DNA of 64,000 nt from an uncultured Candidatus Bathyarchaeia archaeon (GCA_964450845.1 CAYVGZ010000001.1:15060-79059); one strand, 5' to 3'. Counted from the first letter of the stretch, positions 1-8,030 are shown. Notes: generated by a model from the sequence alone, not told the origin. Numbers and translations: made by a program.

Positions 1-197
1 AATTCTGTATACCATCAGATGATCCAGATCCACCAGTACCACTAGCGATAGTTAAGAAATAGGCAGTTAAAGATGAAAAGCTTAAAGCATATCCAAGAAT
101 ATGAAGAGTATTTTAGAGATCAGAATTATACACCTAAATTAGAGTTAAATGTTAAGAGAATGGTAGATAACATAAGAAAGAAATAAATAAGTACTGC

Positions 198-226
198 TTG
201 ACTTTGCCAATAAAATTGATTATATT
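198..226 (+). promoter_or_regulatory. sigma70/sigmaA-type promoter upstream of nrdJ
   Basis: TTGACT (198-203), 17-nt spacer, TATATT (221-226). Followed by a short GGCAC/GTGCC hairpin (231-247) and SD GGGAGGAG ahead of ATG 280. Confidence 0.5.
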
Positions 227-279
227 ATAAGGCACATTTATAGTGCCTTTCTTATTTAGCTCGAGGGAGGAGCATTACC

Positions 280-3200
280 ATGTCAAATACAGATCAAGCC
301 ATATCCAAGAAGATATTAAATGAGGTCGTAGATGATGTCGTAGACCCTGAGGTCGTAGACCCAGCAGTATCTAGAAAGATACTGTCTGATGTCGTAGACC
401 CAGCAGTATCTAGAAAGATACTGTCTGATATAGTTGTATATAGTAAGTATGCCAGATATATTCCTGACCAGAAGCGTAGAGAATCATGGGAAGAGATTGT
501 ATGGCGCAATGCCAACATGCATATAAATAAGTTCCCTTCATTTCAAGAAGAAATATTACAAGCATACCAATATGTGTTAGATAGGCAAGTATTGCCTAGT
601 ATGAGAGCATTAGAAGATTCTACCCCAATTAGAACGGGTGATGGGTGGAAGACTGCAGGCACTATTGTTAAAGGAGATCTCTTATTTGATTCCTCTGGTC
701 ATTTAACTGAAGTTAAAGAAGTTATAAAATTTATAGATAAAGATCTTTATACCCTCAAATTTAGTGATAAAAGCGAGTTAACTGCATGTGATGAACATTT
801 ATGGATTGTATCTACAGAAGATGATAGACATTTTGGAAAGACTAGGGTAGTTGATACTAAATTTATAAGAGAGCATCTTAAACAAGGAGAGAAAAATAAT
901 ATATCAATTGCTAATCCAAGTCCTGTAGAATTTACAATACAAGATGTACTGGAGTTAGATCCTTATATTTTGGGACATTGGTTAGGAGACGGATACTCTT
1001 CTGGCTATCAGTATTCGTGTTCAGTAGAAGATAGTGAATTTATAGCAAAACAATATGCTAAGTATTCTCCGAAGCAATCAACATCATCTAATATTTGGAC
1101 CTGGAATGTTCATGGGTTATCAAAAGATTTAAGAAAATACGATCTGATTAATAATAAACATATCCCATGGGAATATTTAGATTCTTCAATTGAATCTAGG
1201 TTATCTCTGTTACAAGGATTAATGGATTCTAATGGATATATTACCAAAGAAGGAATATGTTTATTTTCAAATACAAATATTACTTTAATTGATAATGTTA
1301 AAGAACTATTATCAAGTCTTGGAATTACGCATACAACAACTATATCTAAACCGAAAGAATATACAAATCATTTGCCTATTTATACAATTAAATTTACTAC
1401 AACATTAAAAGTAGCAAGACTTCCAAGAAAAGTAGAAAGATTAAGAACAGATAAATTAAAGCAAACAGAACATAGAAAAGTTATTGAGGTAGTATACAAA
1501 GGAAAAGGGAATGCAACTTGTTTTCATGTAGATTCTCCAGACCATAGTTTCCTCGCTGGAAAAGAAATGATCGTAACTCATAATAGCCTGCAGTTTGGTG
1601 GGAAGCCTATTGAGATATCACCTAACAGACTATTTAACTGCTTTAGTAGGGAAACTGAATTTATTACAGACAAGGGAACTAAGTCTTTTAATGATTTTAA
1701 TGATGGAGATACAGTTACTGTTCCTACTCATGAAAATACGTTTAGATTGGCTACAGTTCATAATTATGGTAAGCAACGTCTTAATAAAATAGTATTCCGT
1801 AGAGGAAAATCTAGTAAAACAGTATATGCTACTCCTGAGCATAGATGGATAAAGTTTGATGGATATGATACAACTGACTTAAGAGTTGGAGATATTATTT
1901 ATCCTTCACAGATGTATGATCAGCAGTTTGATTATGATAGTGCTGGACCAATGGCAAAATTATATTGGTGTTATGGTTTTGTTTATGGAGATGGCACTAT
2001 TGTTAAATCAGGAGATACTAAGTATTCTATGGTTAGACTATGTGGGAATGATGTTAAGTATTTACCAAGATTTTTAGAAATGGGATTTAGTTCATCAGAA
2101 CCAAATAGTTGTAATGGTGATATGTTTGTCTATACTGGAAAATACCAAAAAACAGCTCCCGACTTTTCTAAAGAAAGTCTTGATATGATTAGAGCATTTA
2201 TGGATGGATATCTAAGTGCTGCTGCTCATAAGAATCCTGATTGGTATGAAAATCAATATTTGTCAAAATATATTTCGATTCAAGCGTCTGATGAAGATCA
2301 TATTAATTTTCTTAAAAAAGGATTAGAACTTTGTGGTTATTTTATTACAAATGTACAGGATCTTACAGGACAGGAAACCAATTTTGGTATACTACCAGAA
2401 ACATATAAGTTTTCTATTACTACAAGAATTGGTTCCAGAGAAAATACAGCTTGGGTTGTTCATTCTATAGAAGAAACAGATAGATTCGAAGATGTATGGT
2501 GTTTAAGTGTACAAGATCATCATAGTTTTATTCTTTCTGGAGGGATTGTTACTGGAAATTGCGCCTATATGCCAGTAGATAATCATGCTGCTTTTAGTGA
2601 GACTATGTTTCTATTATTAGGTGGTACTGGTGTAGGATACAGTGTTCAAAAGCATCATGTAGAGAAGCTACCAGAGATACTGGGACCTAAGAAGAGGAAT
2701 AGACGTTATCTAATTGGCGATTCAATAGAGGGTTGGTCAGATGCTGTTAAAGTATTAGTTGAAGCATATTACTTCAATAAGGCCGATCCTATATATGACT
2801 TTAGAGATATTCGCCCCAAAGGGGCATTATTAGTAACTTCTGGTGGGAAGGCCCCAGGCCCACAGCCATTGAAGGACTGTCTGCATAACATCAGAAAGGT
2901 CTTTGATAGAGCGCTAGAACGTGGAACTGGAACACAGTTAACTACACTGGAAGTACATGACATCATTTGCTACATAGCTGATACTGTCCTTGCAGGAGGT
3001 ATACGACGTGCTGCTCTTATCTCACTCTTCAGTTTTGATGACGAAGACATGCTCACGTGTAAGTTCGGTAACTGGTGGGAGCTTAATCCGCAGCGAGCAA
3101 GGGCCAATAACTCTGCAGTCGCTTTGCGCCACAGAATCAAGAAGAAGGACTTCTTCGAGTTCTGGGAGAAGGTTAAAGCCAGTGGTTGCGGCGAGCCAGG

Positions 3201-5250
3201 CATCTATTTTACGAATGATAAAGAGTGGGGCTGTAACCCTTGCGTAACAGGTGACACTTGGATACAAACATCAGATGGAGCAAGCCAAGTTAAAGACTTA
3301 ATTGCCAAACCATTTAATGCTGTTGTTAATGGTGTCATATATCAAAGTAATGGATTTTGGTCCACAGGGGTCAAGCAGGTATATGAGTTGAGGACTAAAA
3401 GAGGTTATAAGATTAAACTGACCGATAACCATAAGTTACTAAGATATAATCATCAAGAAGAAGCAGATAATTGGACAGAACTAAAAAATCTTAAAGTTGG
3501 GGAAGACATATGCTTGTCGAGCCACGAGCTTAGACGTGATTATCCATATCACTATGATATAAATCAAGTTGAACTTGGTTGGCTCTTAGGTTATCTAGTC
3601 GGTAATGGCACCTTTGGTCATGATTCTGCTTGTCTCGATTATTGGGGGGAGAGTGCTCCGTATCTATCTAATTATTCATTAGATATTATTAAAAACCAAT
3701 TAAAGCATCGAAGCGACCTAGGAATTGCCGCTTGTGTTCAGGAAGGCAAACTAAGGATAAGCAGTACAGGATTAAGAGACCTAGCGTCACGTTATGGCAT
3801 TATTCAGGGCAATAAAACTATTACTGATCAGATTGAAAAAGCACCAAAATGGTTTAAACTAGGGTTTTTAAGAGGTTTATTTGATGCAGATGGAGGTGTC
3901 CAGGGAACGCAATCAAAGGGAGTATCTGTAAGGCTTAATCAAAGTGATCTTAAATTACTTGAAAGGGCACAACGTATGCTTTCCTCAATTGGTATTATTT
4001 CAACCATATATCCGAGGCAAGAAGCTGGCTTTAAACTTCTACCCGACGGAAATGGAGGAATGAAATATTATCCTACAAAAGACAATTATGAACTAGTTAT
4101 TTCTGGACAAGCACTATGTGTTTATGACTACTGGATTGGTTTTGAGGACCCATTTAAAAAACTGAAATTATCAGGACTATTAGCTCAATACCAAAGAACT
4201 CTTAACCAACAGACATTCTTTGATAAAATTGAATCCATAACCTATTTAGGTGAAGAAGAAGTTTATGATTGTACAGTTGAGGGAGCTCATGAATTTTGTG
4301 CTAATGGTATAAGAGCGCATAACTGTGTGGAGATTGGTTTAAGACCTAATCAGTTCTGTAATCTTACTACAGTTAACGTAAGCGATGTTGAATCTCAAGA
4401 AGACCTAAACAATAGAGTCCGAGCTGCTGCTCGTATTGCTACACTACAGGCAACGTATACCGAATTTCATTATTTAAGAGATATATGGCAGAAGACTACC
4501 GAGAAGGAAGCCTTAATAGGTGTATCCATGACTGGTATTGCTTCTGGTGCCGTATTAAAACTTAACCTCGAAGAGGCTGCTAATGTCGTTAAAGAAGAAA
4601 ATCAAAGGGTGGCTAAGATACTTGGAATTAATCCTGCTGCTAGAACAACCTGCATTAAGCCCGAAGGAACTGCTAGTTTGGTTGTGGGCAGTAGTTCTGG
4701 TATCCATGCTTGGCATAGCCCTTATTATATTCGTCGTATGAGAATAGGAAAGAATGAAGCTATTTACAAATATCTTAAGAAGACTATTCCTGACTTGCTT
4801 GAGGACGAAATGCTTAAGCCTGATCTTGAGGCGGTATTATCTATTCCAATTAAGGCGCCAGAAGGATCCATATTTAGAACTGAGACAGCTATAGACCTAT
4901 TAGAAAGAGGAAAACTGTTTTCTACTAAATGGATCACGCCAGGACACATATCAGGTTCAAATCAGCATAATGTATCTATTACTGTAAGTGTTAAAGATAA
5001 TGAATGGGATGAGGTTGGAGCATGGATGTGGGAGAATAGAAAGCTATATAACGGTATAGCTGTACTTCCGTATGATGGCGGAAACTATGTGCAGAAGCCT
5101 TATGAAGACTGCACTAAAGAGCAATATGAAGAGCTACTTGCAAAATGTCGCTCTATTAATCTTATGGATGTAGTAGAGGATGACGACTATACTTCTCTTA
5201 AGGAAGAGGCGGCATGCGCTGGTGGAGCTTGTACTATTACTAAAGTATAA
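280..5250 (+). CDS. nrdJ: Class II (adenosylcobalamin-dependent) ribonucleotide reductase precursor carrying three inteins
   Basis: 1656-aa ORF. Removing three inteins leaves a 662-aa extein with restored junctions VLPSMR|SLQFGG, NRLFN|CAYMPVDNHAAF and WGCNP|CVEIGLRPNQFCNL (the NPC-x-EI catalytic-Cys loop typical of class II RNR). It ends in a C-terminal Cys pair (ACAGGAC). Confidence 0.88.
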   Translation: MSNTDQAISKKILNEVVDDVVDPEVVDPAVSRKILSDVVDPAVSRKILSDIVVYSKYARYIPDQKRRESWEEIVWRNANMHINKFPSFQEEILQAYQYVLDRQVLPSMRALEDSTPIRTGDGWKTAGTIVKGDLLFDSSGHLTEVKEVIKFIDKDLYTLKFSDKSELTACDEHLWIVSTEDDRHFGKTRVVDTKFIREHLKQGEKNNISIANPSPVEFTIQDVLELDPYILGHWLGDGYSSGYQYSCSVEDSEFIAKQYAKYSPKQSTSSNIWTWNVHGLSKDLRKYDLINNKHIPWEYLDSSIESRLSLLQGLMDSNGYITKEGICLFSNTNITLIDNVKELLSSLGITHTTTISKPKEYTNHLPIYTIKFTTTLKVARLPRKVERLRTDKLKQTEHRKVIEVVYKGKGNATCFHVDSPDHSFLAGKEMIVTHNSLQFGGKPIEISPNRLFNCFSRETEFITDKGTKSFNDFNDGDTVTVPTHENTFRLATVHNYGKQRLNKIVFRRGKSSKTVYATPEHRWIKFDGYDTTDLRVGDIIYPSQMYDQQFDYDSAGPMAKLYWCYGFVYGDGTIVKSGDTKYSMVRLCGNDVKYLPRFLEMGFSSSEPNSCNGDMFVYTGKYQKTAPDFSKESLDMIRAFMDGYLSAAAHKNPDWYENQYLSKYISIQASDEDHINFLKKGLELCGYFITNVQDLTGQETNFGILPETYKFSITTRIGSRENTAWVVHSIEETDRFEDVWCLSVQDHHSFILSGGIVTGNCAYMPVDNHAAFSETMFLLLGGTGVGYSVQKHHVEKLPEILGPKKRNRRYLIGDSIEGWSDAVKVLVEAYYFNKADPIYDFRDIRPKGALLVTSGGKAPGPQPLKDCLHNIRKVFDRALERGTGTQLTTLEVHDIICYIADTVLAGGIRRAALISLFSFDDEDMLTCKFGNWWELNPQRARANNSAVALRHRIKKKDFFEFWEKVKASGCGEPGIYFTNDKEWGCNPCVTGDTWIQTSDGASQVKDLIAKPFNAVVNGVIYQSNGFWSTGVKQVYELRTKRGYKIKLTDNHKLLRYNHQEEADNWTELKNLKVGEDICLSSHELRRDYPYHYDINQVELGWLLGYLVGNGTFGHDSACLDYWGESAPYLSNYSLDIIKNQLKHRSDLGIAACVQEGKLRISSTGLRDLASRYGIIQGNKTITDQIEKAPKWFKLGFLRGLFDADGGVQGTQSKGVSVRLNQSDLKLLERAQRMLSSIGIISTIYPRQEAGFKLLPDGNGGMKYYPTKDNYELVISGQALCVYDYWIGFEDPFKKLKLSGLLAQYQRTLNQQTFFDKIESITYLGEEEVYDCTVEGAHEFCANGIRAHNCVEIGLRPNQFCNLTTVNVSDVESQEDLNNRVRAAARIATLQATYTEFHYLRDIWQKTTEKEALIGVSMTGIASGAVLKLNLEEAANVVKEENQRVAKILGINPAARTTCIKPEGTASLVVGSSSGIHAWHSPYYIRRMRIGKNEAIYKYLKKTIPDLLEDEMLKPDLEAVLSIPIKAPEGSIFRTETAIDLLERGKLFSTKWITPGHISGSNQHNVSITVSVKDNEWDEVGAWMWENRKLYNGIAVLPYDGGNYVQKPYEDCTKEQYEELLAKCRSINLMDVVEDDDYTSLKEEAACAGGACTITKV
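352..429. repeat. Perfect 39-bp tandem duplication (2 copies) inside the nrdJ N-terminal extension
   Basis: gtcgtagacccagcagtatctagaaagatactgtctgat occurs at 352-390 and again at 391-429. It encodes VVDPAVSRKILSD twice. A shorter gtcgtagaccc copy lies at 337-347. Confidence 0.95.
607..1584 (+). mobile_element. Intein 1 (326 aa) with LAGLIDADG homing-endonuclease domain; class-3-like (Ala1, W-C-T)
   Basis: Starts ALEDSTPIRT, with no Cys/Ser nucleophile. Block B is CDEHLW. LAGLIDADG motifs are LGHWLGDGYS and LLQGLMDSNGY. Block F ATCFHVDSPDHSF has Cys where Asp is usual. Ends IVTHN|S. Excision restores SMR-SLQFGG. Confidence 0.8.
1639..2559 (+). mobile_element. Intein 2 (307 aa), degenerate LAGLIDADG-type
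   Basis: Starts CFSRETEFIT. Block B is ATPEHRW. LAGLIDADG-like motifs are YGFVYGDG and FMDGYLSA. Block F is VWCLSVQDHHSF. Ends GGIVTGN|C, with penultimate Gly instead of His. Excision restores NRLFN-CAYMPVD. Confidence 0.75.
3241..4323 (+). mobile_element. Intein 3 (361 aa) with LAGLIDADG homing-endonuclease domain, inserted at the catalytic NPC site
   Basis: Starts CVTGDTWIQT. Block B is LTDNHKL. LAGLIDADG motifs are LLGYLVGNGTF and FLRGLFDADGGV. Block F/G is EEVYDCTVEGAHEFCANGIRAHN|C. Excision restores GCNP-CVEIGL. Confidence 0.85.
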
Positions 5251-5263
5251 ATAGGAAGCAAAT

Positions 5264-5458
5264 ATGCCTTTCGCATCTAAAGCACAAATGAGATGGATGT
5301 ATGCAACCGACCCTAAGATGGCTAAGAGATGGACTAAAGAGCAGAAGAAGTCCAAGGGCAAGAAGTCATTTAAGAAACTACCTGAGAAGGTTAAACGTAC
5401 TAGGGATGACTTCTGTTTATTTTTTCCAATGTTAATAGATGGAGACTGCAATGAATAA
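5264..5458 (+). CDS. Small basic hypothetical protein (64 aa)
   Basis: ORF MPFASKAQMRWMYATDPKMAKRW..., starting 14 nt after the nrdJ stop. Lys-rich. No function recognised. Confidence 0.4.
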   Translation: MPFASKAQMRWMYATDPKMAKRWTKEQKKSKGKKSFKKLPEKVKRTRDDFCLFFPMLIDGDCNE

Positions 5459-5585
5459 GAAGCGTAAATTGGAAAGTGTAGATGATATACCAGTAGTTGT
5501 GCCAACTATTAAACCTACTAAAGGCACATCTAAATCTGTACCAGGTCCTAAGAGATTAACCAATATTCCCAAACGAGGAAGATAA
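5451..5585 (+). CDS. Small hypothetical protein (44 aa)
   Basis: ATG preceded by GGAGA (5441-5445). Overlaps the upstream ORF stop as ATGAATAA. Product is MNKKRKLESVDDIPVVVPTIKPTKGTSKSVPGPKRLTNIPKRGR. Below the ORF-track length cutoff. Confidence 0.3.
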   Translation: MNKKRKLESVDDIPVVVPTIKPTKGTSKSVPGPKRLTNIPKRGR

Positions 5586-5805
5586 CATCGCTAATATTTG
5601 TGAACATTATCCATGTCACTCTGGATTATTTTCAGGCTTCAGTTGTGAGTTCTGTTACTGCCCAGAGTATGAGTTAGCTAAGTGTTCTGGTAATCCTAAA
5701 TGGATTAAGGTAGAGAGAAGTGAGATAAAGGATTGTTCGGATTGTTTAGTTCCGCACCATTCCGAGTATGTAACAAAGTATTATAAGGAGAAGAGAGATG
5801 AGTGA
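5560..5805 (+). CDS. Cys-rich small metal-binding domain protein (Pfam zf-like/PF04071-type) with no canonical start codon
   Basis: Open frame from 5560 (after TAA 5557-5559) to TGA 5803-5805. Encodes ...NICEHYPCHSGLFSGFSCEFCYCPEYELAKCSGNPKWIKVERSEIKDCSDCLVPHHSEYV.... There is no in-frame ATG/GTG/TTG. The only candidates are ATC 5587 (6 nt after GAGGAA) or ATT 5596. Confidence 0.5.
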   Translation, partial: PIFPNEEDNIANICEHYPCHSGLFSGFSCEFCYCPEYELAKCSGNPKWIKVERSEIKDCSDCLVPHHSEYVTKYYKEKRDE

Positions 5806-6316
5806 AGTAAAACTAATTGTAGAAAAGATTGATAAGAATGCTCCTCTTCCAGTAAGGAAGCACCCTGGAGATAGTGGATTAGATGTAACATTCAATAGTT
5901 TAATTAAAGTCTTTAAGCATGCAGGTGGTAATGGAGAAACTGAAGTATCAGATGATAAACAGCTTAAGAAACTAATAGATGATAAGACTTTAGAGCTCCA
6001 GTACTTGGAACGGGCATTAATTGGTACTGGGATTAAAGCTACTGTCGGACCAGGCTATGAGATTCAAGTAAGACCTAGAAGTGGACTAGCTCTTAAGCAA
6101 GGCCTTAGTGTATGTAATACTCCAGGAACTATTGATGCTGGCTATAGAGACGAAATTTGTGTAATTATAGTTAACCTATCACGCAAGGCTCAAAGAATTA
6201 CTATTGGTGATAGAATTGCACAACTAGTTGTATCTCCTGTTATTCTATGTGATGTCGTTGAAGGAAAACTAGATGATGTCGATAGAGGCGGTGGATTTGG
6301 AAGTACGGGGAAATAA
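5798..6316 (+). CDS. dut: dUTP pyrophosphatase (trimeric dUTPase)
   Basis: All five dUTPase motifs are present in order: PGDSGLDV, RPRSGLALK, GTIDAGYRDEI, RIAQLV, RGGGFGSTGK. SD AAGGAG is upstream. There is a roughly 45-aa insertion between motifs 1 and 2. Confidence 0.9.
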   Translation: MSEVKLIVEKIDKNAPLPVRKHPGDSGLDVTFNSLIKVFKHAGGNGETEVSDDKQLKKLIDDKTLELQYLERALIGTGIKATVGPGYEIQVRPRSGLALKQGLSVCNTPGTIDAGYRDEICVIIVNLSRKAQRITIGDRIAQLVVSPVILCDVVEGKLDDVDRGGGFGSTGK

Positions 6317-6318
6317 GT

Positions 6319-6861
6319 ATGAAAAAGATAAAATTTAACTATCCAAAACTAAGAGTAGGAGATATGGTTCTTTGTGGTTCATATTCTCCTTTAGCTGCAA
6401 CGATTAGGGCTGTTTCTGCTGGAGTCTCTAATATATTTGATCTTACTATACCTAATCATGTAGGGATAATAGTAGAGGTAGAGGGTCAAAAGTTAATAGC
6501 AGAGATGCTTGGCAAAGGCCTTTGTATAAATAGTTTAGAAGATTATAACAAAGGTGGCATACGACCATTTATAGTTGATATTAAAAGACATAACGCATAT
6601 AAGCTTGCTGCAGCAAGGAAGCGCTTAAATGCTGCTATATTTAATGATTTCAGACATAGCTTAGACTATGACTTTAAGGGATTGTTAGAATTTGTATCTA
6701 AGAGAGTAAAAGATGCAAAGGGTCGATATTATTGTTCTGAATACTTTGTTCATCAAACTAAAATTGATGGAATAATTTATCCAGATAAATTTGATATTAA
6801 AGTTTCACCCTTTAATCTTTATAAGTGTGCCGATTGGACCAGCATAGAGTATAAAGCATAA
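6319..6861 (+). CDS. Permuted papain-fold amidase/peptidase (YiiX/YaeF, C92-like; NlpC/P60 superfamily)
   Basis: LRVGDMVLCG...NHVGIIVE...(His first) then ...RYYCSEYFVHQ (catalytic Cys later). This is the permuted His-then-Cys order of the YiiX family. Confidence 0.5.
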   Translation: MKKIKFNYPKLRVGDMVLCGSYSPLAATIRAVSAGVSNIFDLTIPNHVGIIVEVEGQKLIAEMLGKGLCINSLEDYNKGGIRPFIVDIKRHNAYKLAAARKRLNAAIFNDFRHSLDYDFKGLLEFVSKRVKDAKGRYYCSEYFVHQTKIDGIIYPDKFDIKVSPFNLYKCADWTSIEYKA

Positions 6862-6984
6862 CCTATACTAACAAGGAGTGTTAAGTGAACTATTTTATGA
6901 GATCACTTGTAAGTACAGCATCTCATGCTGTCTTAAGTTTAGTCTTAAAAGAAATATTTAAAATAAGAATAAGAGGTAAATACA

Positions 6985-7482
6985 ATGGCAGATATTCAAG
7001 TTCAAACAGATGGTACAATTACAGGCACAAAGCTTATAGTGGACGGAAATGAAGTTACTAAGAAAGAGAAAGTAATTTCTATTTCTATGTATGCGTCTGC
7101 TCCCTATAAAAGTAAGTATAGTGGCGAAGTTATTCAAGGGTACGCCTCATGTAGCTATGAAGTAGCTAATGATAACGGTACAATTGAGAGAAAATCTTAT
7201 GGTACAACTGAAACAGCGTTTTCAGCAGGTATTGGCACCAAAGTCAGCTCAAACGACAGTATCGTCCGCTTCATTGGCCATAAAACTGATAAAGAGCTTA
7301 CTGACCTCGTCGATAGGATCGTCAGTCATTGCGAAAAAGCCAGTGTTAAGTGTCCAGATAGGGAAGTCCTTCTTTCAAGATCTATTGAGTCTCTTAAAGA
7401 TAAAGCAACAGACCTTGGTATCAGTCTGGAAGATAAAGCATCAGAAGTAATACTAGAACCTAAGGAAGAAGGGAAGAAATAA
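6985..7482 (+). CDS. Hypothetical protein (165 aa)
   Basis: Long ORF with SD AAGAGG 8 nt upstream. No recognisable motif. Confidence 0.55.
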   Translation: MADIQVQTDGTITGTKLIVDGNEVTKKEKVISISMYASAPYKSKYSGEVIQGYASCSYEVANDNGTIERKSYGTTETAFSAGIGTKVSSNDSIVRFIGHKTDKELTDLVDRIVSHCEKASVKCPDREVLLSRSIESLKDKATDLGISLEDKASEVILEPKEEGKK

Positions 7483-7543
7483 CTATGGCTTGCGGTGGAA
7501 AAAAGAAAAAGAAAAAGGGAAAGTAATCAGCGGAAAGTAGGAC

Positions 7544-7555
7544 GAACTATACTAA
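7544..7555 (+). promoter_or_regulatory. Copy of recurrent motif GAACTATACTAA (candidate phage promoter/-10-like element)
   Basis: Intergenic. The identical 12-mer recurs at 19436 and 50944. There is no TTGACA-like -35 at the 17-nt spacing. Confidence 0.3.
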
Positions 7556-7601
7556 ATACGGAGCCGAAAGGCTCCCTTCTGCACCTCCTTTCTCCTCCTG
7601 A

Positions 7602-7642
7602 GAAGTGCCGTCTAAATCTCACCTGGGCGGCACTTCGTTTTT
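7602..7642 (+). terminator. Rho-independent terminator
   Basis: GAAGTGCCG (7602-7610) pairs with CGGCACTTC (7628-7636). 17-nt loop, then GTTTTT. Confidence 0.65.
7617..7642. repeat. Direct repeat copy A (TCTCACCTGGGCGGCACTTCGTTTTT)
   Basis: Matches 8031-8056 (TCTCACCTGGGTGGTGCCCGTTTTAT). The first 11 nt are identical and the shared tail is CGTTTT. Together the two copies bracket the HNH remnant. Confidence 0.6.
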
Positions 7643-8001
7643 ACCTTTCCTTATGATCTATGTGATAGTCGTAACCTGAATAGTTATTTATATCAAAATT
7701 TAAAAATCCATTTTTAATTGCAGTTTTCTGTAGATGATTTTTTAAAGTGTTTAAATCACAACCAATTAACTTCATAGTAGCGGCACTTTTATTTTTTGTT
7801 TATTCCTAAGAATGTAGTTTTTCTATATACTTTTGATTTGTCTTTATGTTTATTTTTCCATTCTATATAGTAATTCTTATTTTCTTCTTTCCATTTTTTA
7901 ACACGGTCTTTACAGTGGTAGTTTAATCTATCTTTATTCTTAGCATTCTTATAGAATTCCGATTCTTCTTTTTTATTATTACATTTACTACATACTTTCA
8001 T
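7641..8001 (-). pseudogene. Decayed HNH homing-endonuclease gene (two fragments, frameshifted and truncated)
   Basis: Fragment 7789-8001 is MKVCSKCNNKKEESEFYKNAKNKDRLNYHCKDRVKKW..., a CxxC zinc-finger N-terminus typical of phage HNH enzymes whose second CxxC is degraded. Fragment 7641-7775, in another frame, is MKLIGCDLNTLKNHLQKTAIKNGFLNFDINNYSGYDYHIDHKER*. It stops immediately after the HIDH start of the HNH core. Confidence 0.55.
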
Positions 8002-8030
8002 AAATACTCCTTTCTCGTGGTATACTACAG

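Larger units (their letters stand above)
7556..7642 (+). ncRNA. Candidate small RNA: 5' GAAA-tetraloop hairpin, CU-rich anti-SD-like core, intrinsic terminator
   Basis: Hairpin GGAGCC-GAAA-GGCTCC (7560-7575). An unpaired tract CTTCTGCACCTCCTTTCTCCTCCTGA follows; it contains CACCTCCTTTCT (7582-7593), the typical 16S rRNA 3' end, plus a second CCTCC (7594-7598). Then a 9-bp terminator stem and a T-run. No ORF. Confidence 0.3.

Noticed and set aside
3-185. Possible 3' end of an upstream gene (3-62, ...PDPPVPLAIVKK*) and a 37-aa ORF (72-185).
   Set aside because: Both are too short and lack recognisable motifs or convincing start signals. They cannot be supported from this window alone.
352-429. 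Whether the 39-bp repeat could be a CRISPR-like or regulatory array.
   Set aside because: There are only two contiguous copies with no spacers, and they are in frame inside the nrdJ coding sequence.
7485-7526. Tiny ORF MACGGKKKKKKGK in a purine-rich run right after the 165-aa gene.
   Set aside because: Thirteen codons with no SD. It is most simply a poly-purine spacer, with no support for a peptide product.
7582-7600. Reading the CU-rich tract on the minus strand as a perfect double Shine-Dalgarno (CAGGAGGAGAAAGGAGGTG).
   Set aside because: No ATG/GTG/TTG-initiated ORF of meaningful length follows on the minus strand; the only one is a 10-codon GTG frame. It is kept as an alternative explanation under the sRNA finding.
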